A stretch of DNA of 64,000 bases from Lingula anatina (GCA_051362555.1 CM120641.1:62001-126000); one strand, 5' to 3'; positions 14,128 to 29,430 are shown, counted from the stretch's first letter. Numbers and translations are program-made. The notes: a model not told the origin generated them from the sequence alone.

Positions 14128-17100
14128 AGAAAGAGAGAGAAGAGCAATAGTTGGATAAAAGTATATCGTGTTTAATTCCAAAGCAATGCTAAAAACAAAC
14201 CCTTCCATCTTGACGTTGGCAGAACGTCAGCAGATATGTTTTGTTAGCTACCAATATTTTTCCACAAAACAGACTGACGTGTTAGAGAATTCGTTCGCGT
14301 AACAAACTCCAAGGTTTTTGGGTGCATTATTGCGATTTTAGTACTTCTCGACTAATACAGGTTATGTAATATATAATAATAATATAATAATAATAATCTT
14401 TATTGGAGAAATCGCAACCCGAAGGTTGAAGTTATACAATTACATATATGAATATTTAAGTCAAGGAAGCCTGGTCATTTTTGCACTGGTGCACTCCGTA
14501 GGCGGTCTCACCTCCCTGGGGAGCATATATTGGGATTTCCAACGATCTAAATGAAGATCACTGTCTTAAATACCATTACGTTGTCTATCTTAAATTTCAA
14601 GAAGTAAGATTAAATCATTTGAGGAAGATTACTAAAGGAACCTCCACTCCACGTGCACATGGTGAGTGTACTATATATCTCTCATTAACATACGCTGAAA
14701 ATCTAAGACCTGCCTAGCACATAGCTGGTCCAAATGTATGGAATACGTGTACGCTCATATAGCTGGTAAATCTACTTTAATTCGATGGATGGTTTTTTAA
14801 AAACTGTTTATGTTCCTCTATCCGGCCTACCAACCAGAAATTCTACAAATGAGACTTTTTTATCAGATTGAGGATCCAGACAGGTAACTGTAATCAAATG
14901 TTGTCACTTTAACAAACCAGACGCAAGCGTTCACTTATGAAGAAAAGAAACCCAGTAAACGTCTAGATACCTGTATGAAGTAAAACCTTTCTTAACTTCA
15001 CATAACGAGGTGTCAGTAAAGGAACTAGAGAAGGAAATTAAAATGATTTTCTTATTAATTATTCCAGTTCACAATGTCCAGATGACACCCTTCTATTGAT
15101 GTCATACATCATATTCTGTTCATATCTGCTCTACCACTGTAAATGCAGGATATTTAAAAGGAAAGTAAATACCAAGAATACGCTGTAGACACAATTGTCT
15201 CAGTCTTCATCTTTCGCGTCCAATTGTTATAAATGTCGGATATGAATGCTGTCGGCAAAGATTACATTATCACTTCTTTGATCGGTGTTCATCGACGTGT
15301 TAATGCCATCCATTTGTTTTGCTTCTGAAAGAATATGATTAATTTAAAGAAAGGAAAATACAAAACATTTCCTTTCTGCCGATTATACGGCACTTACTTT
15401 AAATCAATTAAATCAAAGATACATAGCTACAAATAACTTGCTCGTTTTTTTATATCAAATCTTTTAAGCAGGAAAAGTGAGCCAATGTGATGACATGAAT
15501 GTAGCTATGTAAAAAGAAACCTTGGCATAGGTAGAGTAAGGTAGAATGCTTAGTTAACAATATTGTGTTGTATCAATGCGAGAGTAAAAGCGACTTTCTG
15601 AAAACAAACTGGCTATTAACCATGTTGTTTTAGTAACTGAATACAGTAATAAGACCATCCAACCAGAAACTGGAAAGGTAACGCCATAACACACAGCTAT
15701 ATTTATACATTCATAGTATTAATAGTGAGAAACAAAAGCTTTACTTCTAACTTGCGCTAAGGAAACGCTTTGTAAACCGTTATCCGGCACTTGGTTCAAA
15801 ATAAAGTCTAAAATAGCTGGAAAAGAGCCACATTTCCCAAAACATTGCCTGCTCCCCTGAAGGCAGAGCAGTACCAGTACTAGCGCACTTCACGGCAGGT
15901 TTTATGGCTAAAAATAAATTGGTTTGATATTGAAATACGGCTCCATGAAAAGCACTCGCATCACACAGACTGGTCATTATACTTATCCCGCCCAAAGTAA
16001 GTCTCCTGAATATTGAAATATGGCACTGCAGCAGGACTCTACATAACGTGAATAGTAAAATGTAAATTTCCAAAGACTTTGTTTTTGAAATGCCCCCGCC
16101 CCCCAAACATATAGAAGGGGTGCGTTTTATAAAAACTGCTCAATATGTTTCTGTCTCCGAAGACAGGTCGATTTGATTTAAAAAGTAATTTGCAAAAGGT
16201 GCTAGCTAAACACCAGTGCAGGCCATGATGGAACACGTGTCAGGAACGCGTTATCGATGGCCGCGATATCCGGGCATGCCTTGGGAACAAGGTGGAGGCT
16301 GAGGCAAACAACTCTCCGGGACTTAAAGTCAGTTTCTTCTTGGACAGTCTAAGAAAAGTCGTATCTATAACGCTATACGCATTGTACTGTACGCACATGC
16401 AATTATCATTACATTTGGGTCATATATTCTGTACGCAGGTTTCGTTAAAAGCACACGTATCTATGTTCTTGCATATATAGCAATGCTGGTGAATGTAGAA
16501 AGAAAATCTTGGAATCTAGAGAGAAAACTGCCTTCGTCGTGAAAGTCATTTTAAAAAATCTATATTATAGAACATATAAATTCACTGGGAAACCATATCT
16601 GTCTCATGAAGGACCTAAAACGTCAGACCAACAAATATATAGTTAAGTTATATTTCCAATAACGATTTAAATGACAAGACAAAATTCAAGAATTGCCAAA
16701 TTCACCGGCGCCAATTTGTTTGATGTCGCGTTTTTTATCTTTAGTAATGCAAAACCCACAATGCCCTCACAGGTAAAACATCAAAGTTGTAATTAGTGCT
16801 ATGTTTATCTTTCAATTAAACCCTGCCAGAACGAAATCTCGACCCAACACCATAAACAGTCCCTGTAACCTTTAGGATAATCAGCTGATGTTAAGCATCG
16901 ATTGAAGATGATCTCCACCTTTTGCACGGCTCATCGCCTCAATTATCAAATCTTCACACTTCCATAGGGTGCTGGGCACGTGCCATTACCTCAGAGAGAG
17001 ATAGTCTATAAGGTGTCCCTCAAAATCGTGTCAAACTATTTCCACAATTGTGAGTGTAATTTATGAGACTTAGGTTAAGAAAGTCTAAAATAATAAATAT

Positions 17101-17229
17101 TGAAGACCGTTAACCACATTAAATGTGTCAAATTTTTGTAAGTCGTCAGTAAAAAGCATAAATCTTTGTCTTGCGGAACAATATATTTCTTGTGTATGGG
17201 GTGCAAAGAAGTGATCTAATTAAAAATTT

Positions 17230-17590
17230 ACAAAACCAACCTCCAAGACTGTAGTATGCTTCCCAGCTACATGTATGGCATGCTGGAAAAACCGCGCAAC
17301 AATCTAAATCTCTAGAGAACATCAAAAAGAGATCTTCGCATTATTTACCCTGAACTTACACAAAATGAAGCAATTAACGTCACTGAACTGCCCACCTTAA
17401 AATCTCGGCGCAATAAATAGTGCCAAAAATGTTTTATGAGATGAAATTACCTATACATGGATTGAACCATCTTTTACCCAATACCCATGTTATTGAACAG
17501 AACCTCAGGAATAGTTACAGTTGCTTTTTACCAAAATATCGAACCAAACTATATAGAAACATTTATATACCATACTGCCTATACACTGTA
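17230..17590 (+). mobile_element. Degraded CR1/L2-group LINE 3' remnant
   Basis: Frameshifted LENI.KR.LRIIYPEL...ELPTLKSRR...LNHLLP resembles the post-RT region of CR1/L2 ORF2. Confidence 0.65.
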
Positions 17591-17744
17591 CACGTACCAA
17601 TGAACTATGTTCATGACTTTTTAACTTTTAAAGGAATGATGAACGATATATATTTTATCCGCAGTTTTCATTTCCCTTCAATATTTATTTTATAAGTACA
17701 CTTTTTACCTAATCCCATTTTAATACTGTACCTAATGTTTTATA

Positions 17745-17787
<43 letters not shown>
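17745..17787. repeat. (ATT)n microsatellite
   Basis: Direct reading. Confidence 0.95.
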
Positions 17788-18114
17788 CCTTCTGGGCCAA
17801 TACGAAGGCCTCTGTTGTCGGTAATAAGTCTTATTTGACCTTGACCTTTTTGCAGAGACTGACTTGTTTTCTGAACAGTACTTAAAGGCGCTCTCCTAGC
17901 TTTCTTATTACAGTAAGTCAAGAGAGGATGCCTTAATTTAACCGTTCCTATTGACTGGCCAACTCACCTCATCGATAGGAAAAAAATCCAGTCTTAATGT
18001 TCAAACCATGTAATAATGGAAAGGAATATGAAGTGAATGGACCCAAAAGTGATTATTTTATGACAATTGTGATTTATAACATTCACACTCGCAAAAAAAG
18101 GACTAGCTTGTTTA

Positions 18115-19151
18115 GGGGAGACCGGGGCTAGTTGGCCCAGTTAGACACTTTTGGCCTTGTAGAGCCAACTAAGAATGAGTTAGAGTAACAAAATCGGTTT
18201 CAAAGTAAGCCCCATGAACTAAGCTACGTATGCAACGTCATTATTTTTCAAATATAATGCCAGATGGCTCACAATTTGACAAAAAACGCAGTTGACGTCA
18301 GGGGGGGGCCAACTTGCCCCGCCACGCGGCAAGTTGGCCCCAGGGTCGGGGCAAGTTGGCCCCCTATACAAAAATGGAGTAAATATCCCACGTAAACGCC
18401 TTGTAATACATTTTTATACATTTTTAATTTATTAAATTGACTTTTGAGAGTCTTTGATGAATAAATAGTTCAAATGAGGCAGATTTATTTAGGTTTCCGT
18501 ACGTCACGTTGTGGGGGGGGGGGGGTATAAGTTGCAAGAAGCAGAATATCAATCAATAAAATTTGTTTTATTTTAATAAAGAATTTATTAATAATGGTAT
18601 AAAGCAGGTTTTTAATGAATGAAAACGAATAATAAATTTTCGTCTTAAAAGAAAGTTACATATTCAGTTTTAAACCATTGAGTTTGTTTCAACAATGGTC
18701 TCTAGCTGTGTTGCGCGCAAAGGTTTGTGGGTAATATAAGGGTCCAACTTGCCCCGAGTCAAGGGGGCCAACTAGCCCCGGGTGCACACTTTTTATTTTA
18801 AAGGATGGCAGCCATTTATGGTGCTAGAATGAGCAACGATGATACGTCTCTGTGAAACTTGAAACAATGAGCTTCAGTTTGATGCCCTATACATATATTA
18901 TATTCGATCAAAAGCCTATGAAATAGATTTTTAAATCTCTTTAACAAAATTACTTTTAGGTGCAAAAATACTTTATTTCGACTCACAGCTTAAGTAAAAC
19001 TTTTTAACGGCCGACACTTCCTTAGCATTATACAGGGTAGGCTACGGTCACTTATCAAGAGTATGTGGCCACTTTTTTACCTCGTAGTTACTTTTTCAGA
19101 AAATGACGGGGGGGCAACTTACCCCGGGGTCCAACTAGCCCCGGTCTCCCC
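18115..19151. mobile_element. Non-autonomous TIR element with TA target duplication
   Basis: TA|ggggagaccggggctagttgg...ccaactagccccggtctcccc|TA; internal ccaacttgcccc motifs in both orientations. Confidence 0.88.
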
Positions 19152-22100
19152 TATTTCTAGACGTCTAGACTAAGTGCACACGTTTCACACTGCGCGCGCT
19201 CACGTGCTGTCATGAACACGTGGAACAGATGAAACATCCAGAAGTATGATCTATGTCTGTTTGTAATTCTACATGTACTACATGTACCTATGCTTTCCTA
19301 GAATCTTATCGTTTCCCAAAAAAATGAAAACACTTCAGCACTAAGCTTATAGAGTACGCTCAAAACCTGTACCTAAAAATCCTAAATCCGGAGGTGGTAA
19401 ATAATGTGTTTTTAATTTTTCAAAGTCCTCCAAAAACATGAAGAACTAAGCCAGTTTTCTCCCAGTCTATGACTTTATTTTATGAAGTCATTCGTCAAGT
19501 GATTTATGCTATGTTATGTCCCTTTTCGAGTGGTATCACTGCAGCGGCAGCGGCCATTCGTGTAGGAAATTGCACGGACTTCTTAGCAACCGTTAGACCG
19601 TAGGTGGTAGCAATACTGGTAGTTGACACTGCAGGTGATCGTGATGTGGCGACAACTGCGATTGAAACGGCTCCGTTTAGCAACCCGTATGTAATGTAAA
19701 TATTCTCGCGGTAGCCCGTGGAAGCTTACGATGTCCCCCAAAATACATGTTGCAGGGCACATGGCCAGTATACATGTTATCTAATGATTCTTGTAATTTG
19801 CACTAGAAAATAATATATTCCTCTGGTCCACGCTCAGAAATTGTAGCAAATGCCTCTAAGAAATACTCGAGTTATTAACTACATACACAATTTAACACTG
19901 CACCTTAATTACTTTAAACGTGCTCCTCGTGTACACGCAATTTTATAGAACGAATTATGAACGCAGATACACACACACACCCAATATAATGAAAGTGTTG
20001 GCCGGATATATAACAATAGGTAGCGTTAGCATCGACTGCTCCTATGCCGAGAAATGACTATTGCATCACGCACGACTAGAAGTATCGGAATGTAAGGATT
20101 ATCGGGATCAAATTCATAACAACTTCTCTTATTATATCAATTGCTGGAACTGCAGACTAAATGCTAGTCAAAGGATCGCTGAACCTTTCCTACGTGGAGT
20201 AATAAAAGTTTAGTGATTCCCTAGATTACATGGTGTTTGCTGGGAATTCGACCAGCTGCAGATTTTTATCGCAGTGGGGGGTATGTAAGTTGTATGCTAT
20301 ATAAACCTTATTAACAAGATGGCAAAGGTACCCTTTGTAGGGGTTTAATTAATCATTCAGCTAAACAAAAAAAGCCCACTGCCCAAAAACTTGTGGCTCA
20401 TATTATTTTCATTTCATAGGACAAATACTTGTGTATTAACTTTCTTTGCTTTACCTTAGCAAACTTCTGTATCGCATTAGATGAGTGCGTGAACATTAAA
20501 ACATCTTCCTCTACTCGGGGTCTCTCTAAATGTTTTGGGGGTTAAGGGTAATGTTGTTATCTGAAATATCATGGTCTCATTTCCCAGAATATTGCGGTTA
20601 CGGTTTTGGTCTTAGTGTCTTTGTTTGGTTTGTTTTTTTCTGGCAAACATCATATTTAAGAGAAAGCTTGATCGTGGATCTTGATCGCATGTTGGGCTAC
20701 AAAAGCTTTAAACCAAGAACTCAACCAAAAAAGGTGACTTAACAAATGGACGCATAAAATGATACAAAGTCATCGTGAATTGAACAACTGGATTGTTTGC
20801 TGCATTCTTGTTCAGGTTGGTCCCAGATTTTCAGAACAACAATTCAACCCATCTGATAATACAGAAAAAACTTTTTAAATCATACCACGCTTTCCACAAA
20901 AGTAATGCCCCCCCCCCCCCCAACCATCCCCATATACACACCATACTTATTAAAATGTAATATTCTCCATATACATGCACCCACATAGCAAGTTGAGCTG
21001 TTATCGCTACCTACACAAAAGTAGCCTCAAGGCGAGTTAAGCTTCCGATGATGGAAACATTAATTTATTTTGATTTTTTGCTCCCTTCACTTTTACCTAA
21101 AAAATACGATGCCAAGCGTGTCGGCTTTCTGGTAAGCAACATGAGTATTTTGTCCGGTAAGGCAGACATTTTGTCAGGTGACAGCGGGGGCTTTGTCCGG
21201 GAACAGGGGGTGCATTGAAAGGTAAGATGAGCCAGGGCCGACATCACGAATAAGTCGACTTGGAAAGGGCCTTAAATCAAGACTTGCCTATCGACAAAGC
21301 TTATGCTTTTTACAGATAACAGTATGCAGACTATAGATAAATTTATACTGCTACGCACAATTGTGGAAATACGACATACAAAAATAAGTGGATGTCTTCT
21401 TTGAAATGTGTTTACGGTCTTCTTTTTCAAAGTTATGTAGAAATTCTGAAGTGTACGTGAAGGTCAGGTGTCACGAATGATTTAATTCAACAAAATGCTT
21501 TCAAACGCGTCTTCAAGCCACCTAGAAAGTAAAAAACTTTCTGTTAATGGGAAAATGTGCCCAAGGCATAGAAAAGATTTTTCATGCCAGAAAGAAAACG
21601 GAATATGTAGAAAAATCTGCAGTTGTGTGTTACATGATGGAGCACACGACAGTTGAATCAATAAATACATAGACGCAATATACTTAACGTATTATTTCCA
21701 TGTCTAAAAGCCCTGTTAGAATTAAGAATCTTAAGACAAATACGGCCGAATACAAGGTTTGAAACAATTCTTTTTCTCCCAATATTGGGATATTTGTTAA
21801 CAATTTTACTTTGTGGTACTGGGTGATAAGCCAGCCAATTGAACCTCTATATAGGTCAAACAATCCTTAATATTTAATACCTAAGACATAAGTTATTCAT
21901 GAACGGTATTGGATTGCTGTGAGTTAAACCTAAATACTTTACAACGCAGGTAAGAAGAGCAACCAAAACCATAACGCAAGAGGCAGGTGGGCCGTGAGTA
22001 GCTTTATAATAAAATAAGGCACCCTGGCACCAGGGGTTCCCATACATTATACACCCCCTTTGTAATAATAAAACAACCATCTCTCGTGCTTTCCGGGGAG

Positions 22101-22416
22101 AACAATTGGCTAATGACGCTATATCGTGTGCTGGTATGTAGTGAAGAGGTTTCTGATACCTAATATAATACGAATGCAATAAAGTACGCTTAACGGAAAA
22201 AACACACATGTTGGACCTACATTATTTTTCGTACCGAGATAATAATCTTTAAGAAAACGAATACACGAGCAAACTCTGCTTTCCTTGAAATACTAATGTT
22301 CTGGTCCAGCCCCTCTTCATGCTGAAACTTCTTCACGGAGAATGACTTTGTTAACTTTACCGAGTTATTCCACACGGGTCAACAATAGAACTGATACAAA
22401 ATAGGCCTAGCTTTTT

Positions 22417-22447
<31 letters not shown>

Positions 22448-22598
22448 GGGGGTATCACAGTATACTGGTGTTGCCATGCACTGTTGGTTTTAAGATCTGG
22501 CACACGAGTAGTAAACCCAGCATTCCTATAGTTCCTCTTTCACACCCCACCCCCACCCATCCACACACACCCCAAGAAACCAGGCAGGGTGTACTTAC

Positions 22599-22900
22599 GC
22601 CTGAGTTTTAGGGACTTGTCGAGTGGAGAGATCTCTTTCACTGGTTACGAACCCAGCAGGTTCAGCAGATATAGCCGTTCTTTTCAGCCTGCCTTTCATG
22701 TTAGCCCTCATCTGTGCCTGGTGTTTTTCCGTGATAGGTTTTAGGACGGCCCTGTACTTGGCTAATTCATTTTGAAGATGCTTTATCAGCGCGTCTTTTT
22801 CATCCAGTTCCTGCTCTAACTCGTCTATCAGTTCATCGCGTTGTCTTAACTCCTCAATTTTCTCGGACAACGCCAGTTGAAGATCCCTTAAAGTACCCAT
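22599..22900 (-). CDS. PRKG1: PKG alternative first coding exon, I-beta-like leucine zipper plus autoinhibitory segment
   Basis: ATG at 22900 with an in-frame stop upstream; [36 protein letters not shown]...KRTAISAEP closely resembles the vertebrate PKG-I beta N-terminus; phase-2 donor GC|gtaagt. Confidence 0.95.
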
Positions 22901-25900
22901 GGCTTTCACCGAACGCTGGTTGCCTACTTATCCCACAGAATGAGAACGAAGGAGATCCACAAAACTCTTATACGATCTTGAAAAAGAACTCGCAGAACTA
23001 AAGTCTTTCTCCTGACCTTTATGAGAGGAAACTCGTGTTAGCACTTGTTTTGTTTGTCAGCAGTGCATTTATCCTCGCAAACATCATATTGGACCCAGTG
23101 TTCGGACAGTCTTGTCGGAATTCACGGCTATGTCTCCGCCGAAGAAGAGTCCGTTTGTGTCGTTAGATGCCTGGTATATACAATTCCTTTCTGCTTGGAG
23201 ACGTTTTACTTGTATTATGTCACGTTTACAATCCTGGGCGAAACTGCAATCCGTTATTGATTCAATCAATGATTTTACCTGGAACACTCCACTATTCCAA
23301 ATACCAGTGCTGGTTTCGTGTGTCTCTCATTTCTCTGTACACGGATATCAGGAAACAGTGACAGAAGACGCGAATTCCAGCTAAAATACAGTACGTGACT
23401 TCTAGTAACAACAATAACAACAGACAACAAACTGGCTGTTCGACAACTGGTTACACTTACTTCAGATTTAAACCAGTACAATAAGTCAAGTTTTATCTTT
23501 CCTCCCGTGGAGTTGTCATGGCAACCAGCTGATTCCCCGTGGCATTCCTAAGTAGTACACAGGTGAGATCTCCAAATTCCAAGTAGCGAAACTCCAGCTC
23601 TGGGAAAGTAGAAAAACACGGCCTGAGGAACGAGTAGTCGGAAACCGCTCGCAGATGTTTTCTCTTCGGTCCAGCTATGTTGTTTGCCTGCGCTGTATCA
23701 TGATGGAGGTATGGGGTGCTGCATACTTGACGATTGAACGGGGCCGGGACGCTCGAACAATATCACATTCCCCGTTTTCTTAACTAGCCGACAGCGTTCA
23801 TCAGTAGCAGGGTGAAACGTGCACATTTCTGTATCAAAACACCCCAAACCCTGTTCAATGAATTTCCCTCAAGTTCAGTTGTCAATCTGTCTTGTTGAGA
23901 GGAAATAAGATCACTTTTGGACTAACGCATGTTTGTTTCTAAACACCTTGTCAGTGCACATCCGCCGCGATTTTCTTTAGATGAAGGCAATAAAGGTAAT
24001 TTACGTAGTAATTTAAACGCCTGGATCAGCATTAACCTAATTGAATTCATATAAATTACTTGAATCATCCTTAAGCTTAACACACAGGACGAAAGCAGTG
24101 ATGTAAACATCAAGCTACCACAGCCCCCAAGGAGATAACAAATCAGCTTCATTCCCACGAATTACAGTGATAAAAAAGACTGATCCAAAACGGTTGTTAC
24201 TTTCAGGATATTTATCATCATCATTTTGTGTATCTGCGGGATCAGTCCAGATTGCCGGTTTTAAAGACTGGGTGATGTCTGTGCTATAAACATTAACGGA
24301 ACAGAGCACATCTTAAACTTACTTTTATTTTATGACTAAAGAGTCTGAATCAGAGAGAGAGAGAGTGAGCAAACAGATTTGAAGATAATAATATACGGAG
24401 ATATGACGCCAGTGCCGTCACAACAGACCAAGCATAATCATCTATCATAAGAACAGCCATATCTTGAAATCGAAATGAAAAATGAAGACTGGTTTCATAT
24501 TTGACACACACGCACAGATTTGTGGTGAGTTCCACTGCTTTATTGATTTCATCCCGTGTACTCAGACTCAGTATATGGGCCAGGGACAGGTGGAACAGAA
24601 CAGGGCTGAAGATGGATGGATTTCTCAAAGTACATCATAAAAGTATATAACGAGGGTGTCGAATGTCACCAGTAGAATACTAAAACAGCTGTGAATTCAA
24701 ACTATGCAGCAGTAATAAAACTCTCATGATGTGGAGAATACATCACACTATGGAAAATGATTATGGTGAATTTATAGTCAATGATTTTTTTTTAATTCAA
24801 TTTTTTAAAATGTTTAGTAATCATTTAGCACGGAGTATTCCTTGAGTTGTTAATCATAAATAATATCATATCAGATGGTTATAACAATAAGACTGTATAA
24901 CGCCGTAGTGGGACCTGAAAAAGAGTAGAGCAGATTGAGAGTAACTCAGGGGAATGTTGCTGATGTACAGTGCAGGATTGCGTTTGCGGAGACACGTCAC
25001 AACCGGTCGCATTTCTCACCAAATTTCCAGACTGCCCAGCTAGTATAATAAATCTATATCACACAGAATCAAGATCGATCATAACGCAAAACTCTTGGGT
25101 TTTATGTTTTATGACAGGGAATTCATTCTCACTGATTTAAATTAATATGACGAATGAGCTCTCATGTTATCAGAGAGTCTCTAGATATTTCCATATGTCA
25201 ACCGACAGACAGGTTTTCTAGTGCTTTCTCAAAATATTCACGTTGCTAGCTATTAGAACCTTCCAGTTACGGTGATCAGTTAGTTAACACATTATTTTGA
25301 TGCCATCAGCTCTTTTGGTACCATTTTTAATATTTCATATTGTGGACCTCATTTGCTACAAAATCGGAAACATATGTTGGTGCACTAAGATAACGTGACA
25401 CGTGAAATGTTGCACGTATGACATCATCGGTCGTGTATCAAATGTAATTCCCTTAAAATAGCCTCTCGATTTATCAGGACTTTCCGCTGCAATCTACCTA
25501 TTGTGTCAACCCCGGGTAAATATTTGCCCGTTCTTACACCCGAGATAGGCAGGTAAGCTGAATGGGACGCGGGTGACCTGTGTTTTCCGGGCGTCCTCCT
25601 CTGAAGTAGCAATAAATAATTTCGAGTAGAAAGACTTTGCGTCAAGAAAGAGCTATAAGTAAGCATCGTGGAGGTTAACTCCGCGTATGACGAGATTACA
25701 GCGTCTAATAGGTCTGCTAGTAGGATTAGGATAAAAGAGAGATAGGCGAAATCTGCAGATAGTTTTATATAGCGTATGACGTCTGTAGCCGCGAGTTTTT
25801 TTTTCTGGAAGACAGACGCCAGGCAAAGTGACAACTCTACAGCTGGATGTTACCTTTGACAAGCATAATATCGGAAAGAAAACTAAGAAGGAGATATTGG

Positions 25901-28287
25901 ATTCTGTAACTTACTAGTATATTGGTTACAACAAAATAAACTTAGGTTGTACTAGTATATTGGCTACAACAAAATAAACTTAAGTCGGGTCTTGTTAATG
26001 TCAGTGCCCTAGATGTGGATGTTACATATTTCGTCTACCACTGCAGGGTTAACCGCAAGATGCTTTGAAACTGTCTAAAATTGTGGCATTATTTCAGACC
26101 AACTATTGACACATATTATCATAAGACTATGTGTTTGTGCTGCCTCGTGCTCGCTAGCGTGCAGAACGCTAATTTAACGTCCCACTACACATCACTGTTC
26201 AGACTGTTCACACATGTTTTTGCATTAATTCAGTTCATCTTGACTAATTAAACAGAAATCAGTAGGTTTGTAATTAAGTTGCCACTCCATTATTATAAGC
26301 CCAGACTTCGTGTACTTCCGGCAATATTTCATTAAGATATGAAGTCGATGAGACGCTTTAAGTGCAGGTGAGCACTAAAACCTGAGGCAGAAATCGATGT
26401 TTGGTGTCCGGCCTGAGAGAGAAGTTAAGATACACGGTTTGAACTGCGCTCTCCTCTGAAAACAGTCGACTTTTCCTGGAAATCCCACTGCTCATATGCA
26501 CTCGTATCAAGACTAGCAGTTTAAAAAAGGCTAGAATGTCATATTTTACAAGTTAAACCGATGTTGTGTTAAATCCCTATCTAATCAACAAAAAAAGCTG
26601 ACCTACCTTTTTTAATGAAAAAAAAAAAAACGAAATAAAGCTGCTGTAATATTTATGCTTAAAGATAATGAAAAATCAAAATACTGCTGAGTGACTATTT
26701 TCATTATTTTTCTGTATCATAATGACCAGTAAGGAGTCCATTTTCGGCGAGTCCTACTCATCAAGAGAAAGAATGCGTCCTACCGCGGTATTTAAAGGAA
26801 AACATTTCCTGTTCATTGAAAAACAAATATTTTTTTAATTATTTCTACCCCGTGGTCTCCTTAATTAATGGTTAATATTGTATTTATCGCAGTTTTATTT
26901 TTAAGCGTTTTTGCATTGGCTCAGGAAACTGACGTCAGGATGACGTAGCGAGTCTGCGCCATCGCTCCGTCAACCCGCTTACCCACTTACCGTATTCACC
27001 ATTCTACTCAGGGACTGCACATCTGATGAGTGCACTCAAACGGCGGGAGTCGTTTAGAAAACATTTAAGTTGCAAACGGTGCTGTAAGCAGGCTCATCCT
27101 GAGAGTATTTAGTAAAGCTGTAAAGTATTGTTGCTTTTGACACATGTATCAAACCAAGCTGTCATTAGAGGATTCAAATATAAAACCTACGAGGAGTAAC
27201 ATCCAGCTTTATAAATTTGCTGTTTTATCTTTCATGTGATTCTGGATTTGCTATCATACTCATTTACCCATTGCGCAGATTGAACAGTTGGTTGCAAACT
27301 GCTAAACATCTTGTGGTAATTTTACGCATTTATTCATTTATTTATTTTTTAAATAACATTGGCACCAAGCGAAATTTCATAATGATCTAGGCGAGCCCAA
27401 TTGTTGTCTTCTAGGAGAGATATGATGGCCGACAAAGAAAGGCATGAAAAAAACACGATAGACTACACCTGATGAGTATTAGTCTTTTAAACCACAAGAT
27501 TTAGATAATAAATAATCAGAGAATGACAACTATAAGTCGCATCACTAGTATATGTAGCTGCACAGATGAAAAAATAAGAAAGTTGTCCACTTTAGCATCC
27601 AAGTCTGACAACAAATGAAGAGAATTCAGTGCCACTGCATGGGCACGTGGGACGCTGATAGATTGCTTAACGCTATTATTCAAAGATCGACAAATCTATC
27701 CGTTAATTGCAAAGTTGTCTTCCTAATCGCTGACATGCACTTAAACCCAATAGATCTTCATTTGCCAAGTAAAAATGACCAGTAGCGACACCTATATCAC
27801 TACTCACTAAGTTGATAATAAAAACTGCAATTTGCACCGTACGCGTGTCGCTTTTTAGAGCCTCAAAAAAAAAAGGTGGGTGTATTCTACAATTACATGT
27901 GTCTCTCTATGTCAAACAAAAAGATGACTGACATTCAATAAATCTGTCATGTTTTGGAGGAGAAAATCAACGAGAAAACAAGCACCTAGGGCCTCGCCTT
28001 AAACCGGACCGTTTCTTAATAAAATTTTGATATTTACAGACATCTTGAAAAGGCTCTTATACCATAAAACGACCAAGATGCGCACAGACAAATGTGCCAA
28101 CTGCCAGAAATAGATCAACTGGAGTAAAGACAGCCAGCCAGAGAGAAAATCATTTTCTTCTTTTCACTTCACTAGTACAAAAATCAGATAACTATGCCTA
28201 CATCCGAAGGAATGCTGGACATTCTACTGGGACCAGTTCTGGTTTAAAACACGTCCTTTTTCAGTTTCAGTGTCTGATGTCGTGTGG

Positions 28288-28454
28288 CAGGCCCGTAGCC
28301 AGGGGGGTTCGGGGGGTTCGAAAGAACCGCCCCTTTTGCTGGGAAAAGGTCCACTCTGGGTAAAATTTGATCCAGGTATACGAAGTTTTTATGGGAAAAG
28401 GTCCACTTTTTCAGAAAAAGAACCCCCCTTTTGAAATTGCTGGCTACGGACCTG
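28288..28454. mobile_element. Short MITE
   Basis: TIRs caggcccgtagccag / ctggctacggacctg; flanked by a direct tgtgg repeat. Confidence 0.75.
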
Positions 28455-29264
28455 TGTGGTATACATTGTACATGTACCTCTGCAGTCGACGGTCTACTTA
28501 AGGAAGCACAATGCACCTCAAACCCATCCGTTATTTCTTCCTTAAAATGATCGTCCAGTGGCGCGTTTCAGACCCAAACCGGTAGAGGTTTAAGTCTGAA
28601 GACGCCTTCAAAGTACCTGCATGAACATAAGCAACTTCGTTGCATCTTAAATATCGTTTCCTGTTTAGCGCCTAATGCAGCTCCTTCAAGCAACGACCCA
28701 TAATGTTCAAAATCACACTGCTGAAGGTTTTATATAAAAAAGAACTGTGTAATCTGACATGCTGAGTAAAGGCCCTTATCAGTGTAAAACTCCTCTTCTA
28801 ACTTGGTGTAGCCAGCGCCGAACACCGTCAATCTAAATAGATGTTTTTTTTTTCTTTTTTCATATGTCTTGCCACAGTATGAAAATCCTGTCTAATCTAA
28901 ATGGCAAATGTTAGCATAATGATTTAGTATAAAACATTCAATCTCCCCTTCATTGTTCCACTTCATAGATTTCAAATAAAACCTTTACCCTCAGTATTTG
29001 CCGAGTTGCTATCTGGTAGCTGTAAATCCGACATAAATCTTTATCATTCGAAAAGTTTGTTTTTTATGGCAATTTACATTTATGCCACCATATTACCATA
29101 ATAAAAATATAAGTACGGTCGTAATTTATTTCTAACTTGGTTCACGTTAGTTACATCATATTTGTAACAACCAGCAAGCATGCAAGCACCCATACATTAC
29201 TACACAACAGATCTGTGTACTGGTGGTGACACGTTCATGTGCAGTTCTATCGTTACTTCCTCAG

Positions 29265-29430
29265 CCCCCCTCCCCCCACCACCCCCACCACTCCCCCCCA
29301 CCCCAACCCCACCCACCCCATCCCCACCCCCACCCCCACCACCACTCCCCCCCACCCCAACCCCACCCACCCCATCCCCACTCCCACCCCCCCCAATTCC
29401 ACCCCACCCCCATCCCTACCCCCACCAACC
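29265..29430. repeat. C-rich low-complexity tract (G-rich on the PKG sense strand)
   Basis: Repeated C3-C7 runs with an internal duplication. Confidence 0.92.

Noticed and set aside
13918-14208. Poly-Leu and poly-Ser ORFs
   Set aside because: Translations of the (AGT)n microsatellite.
25424-25862. 136-aa minus-strand ORF as a third PKG first exon
   Set aside because: No ATG start, leucine zipper, ISAEP motif or convincing phase-2 donor.
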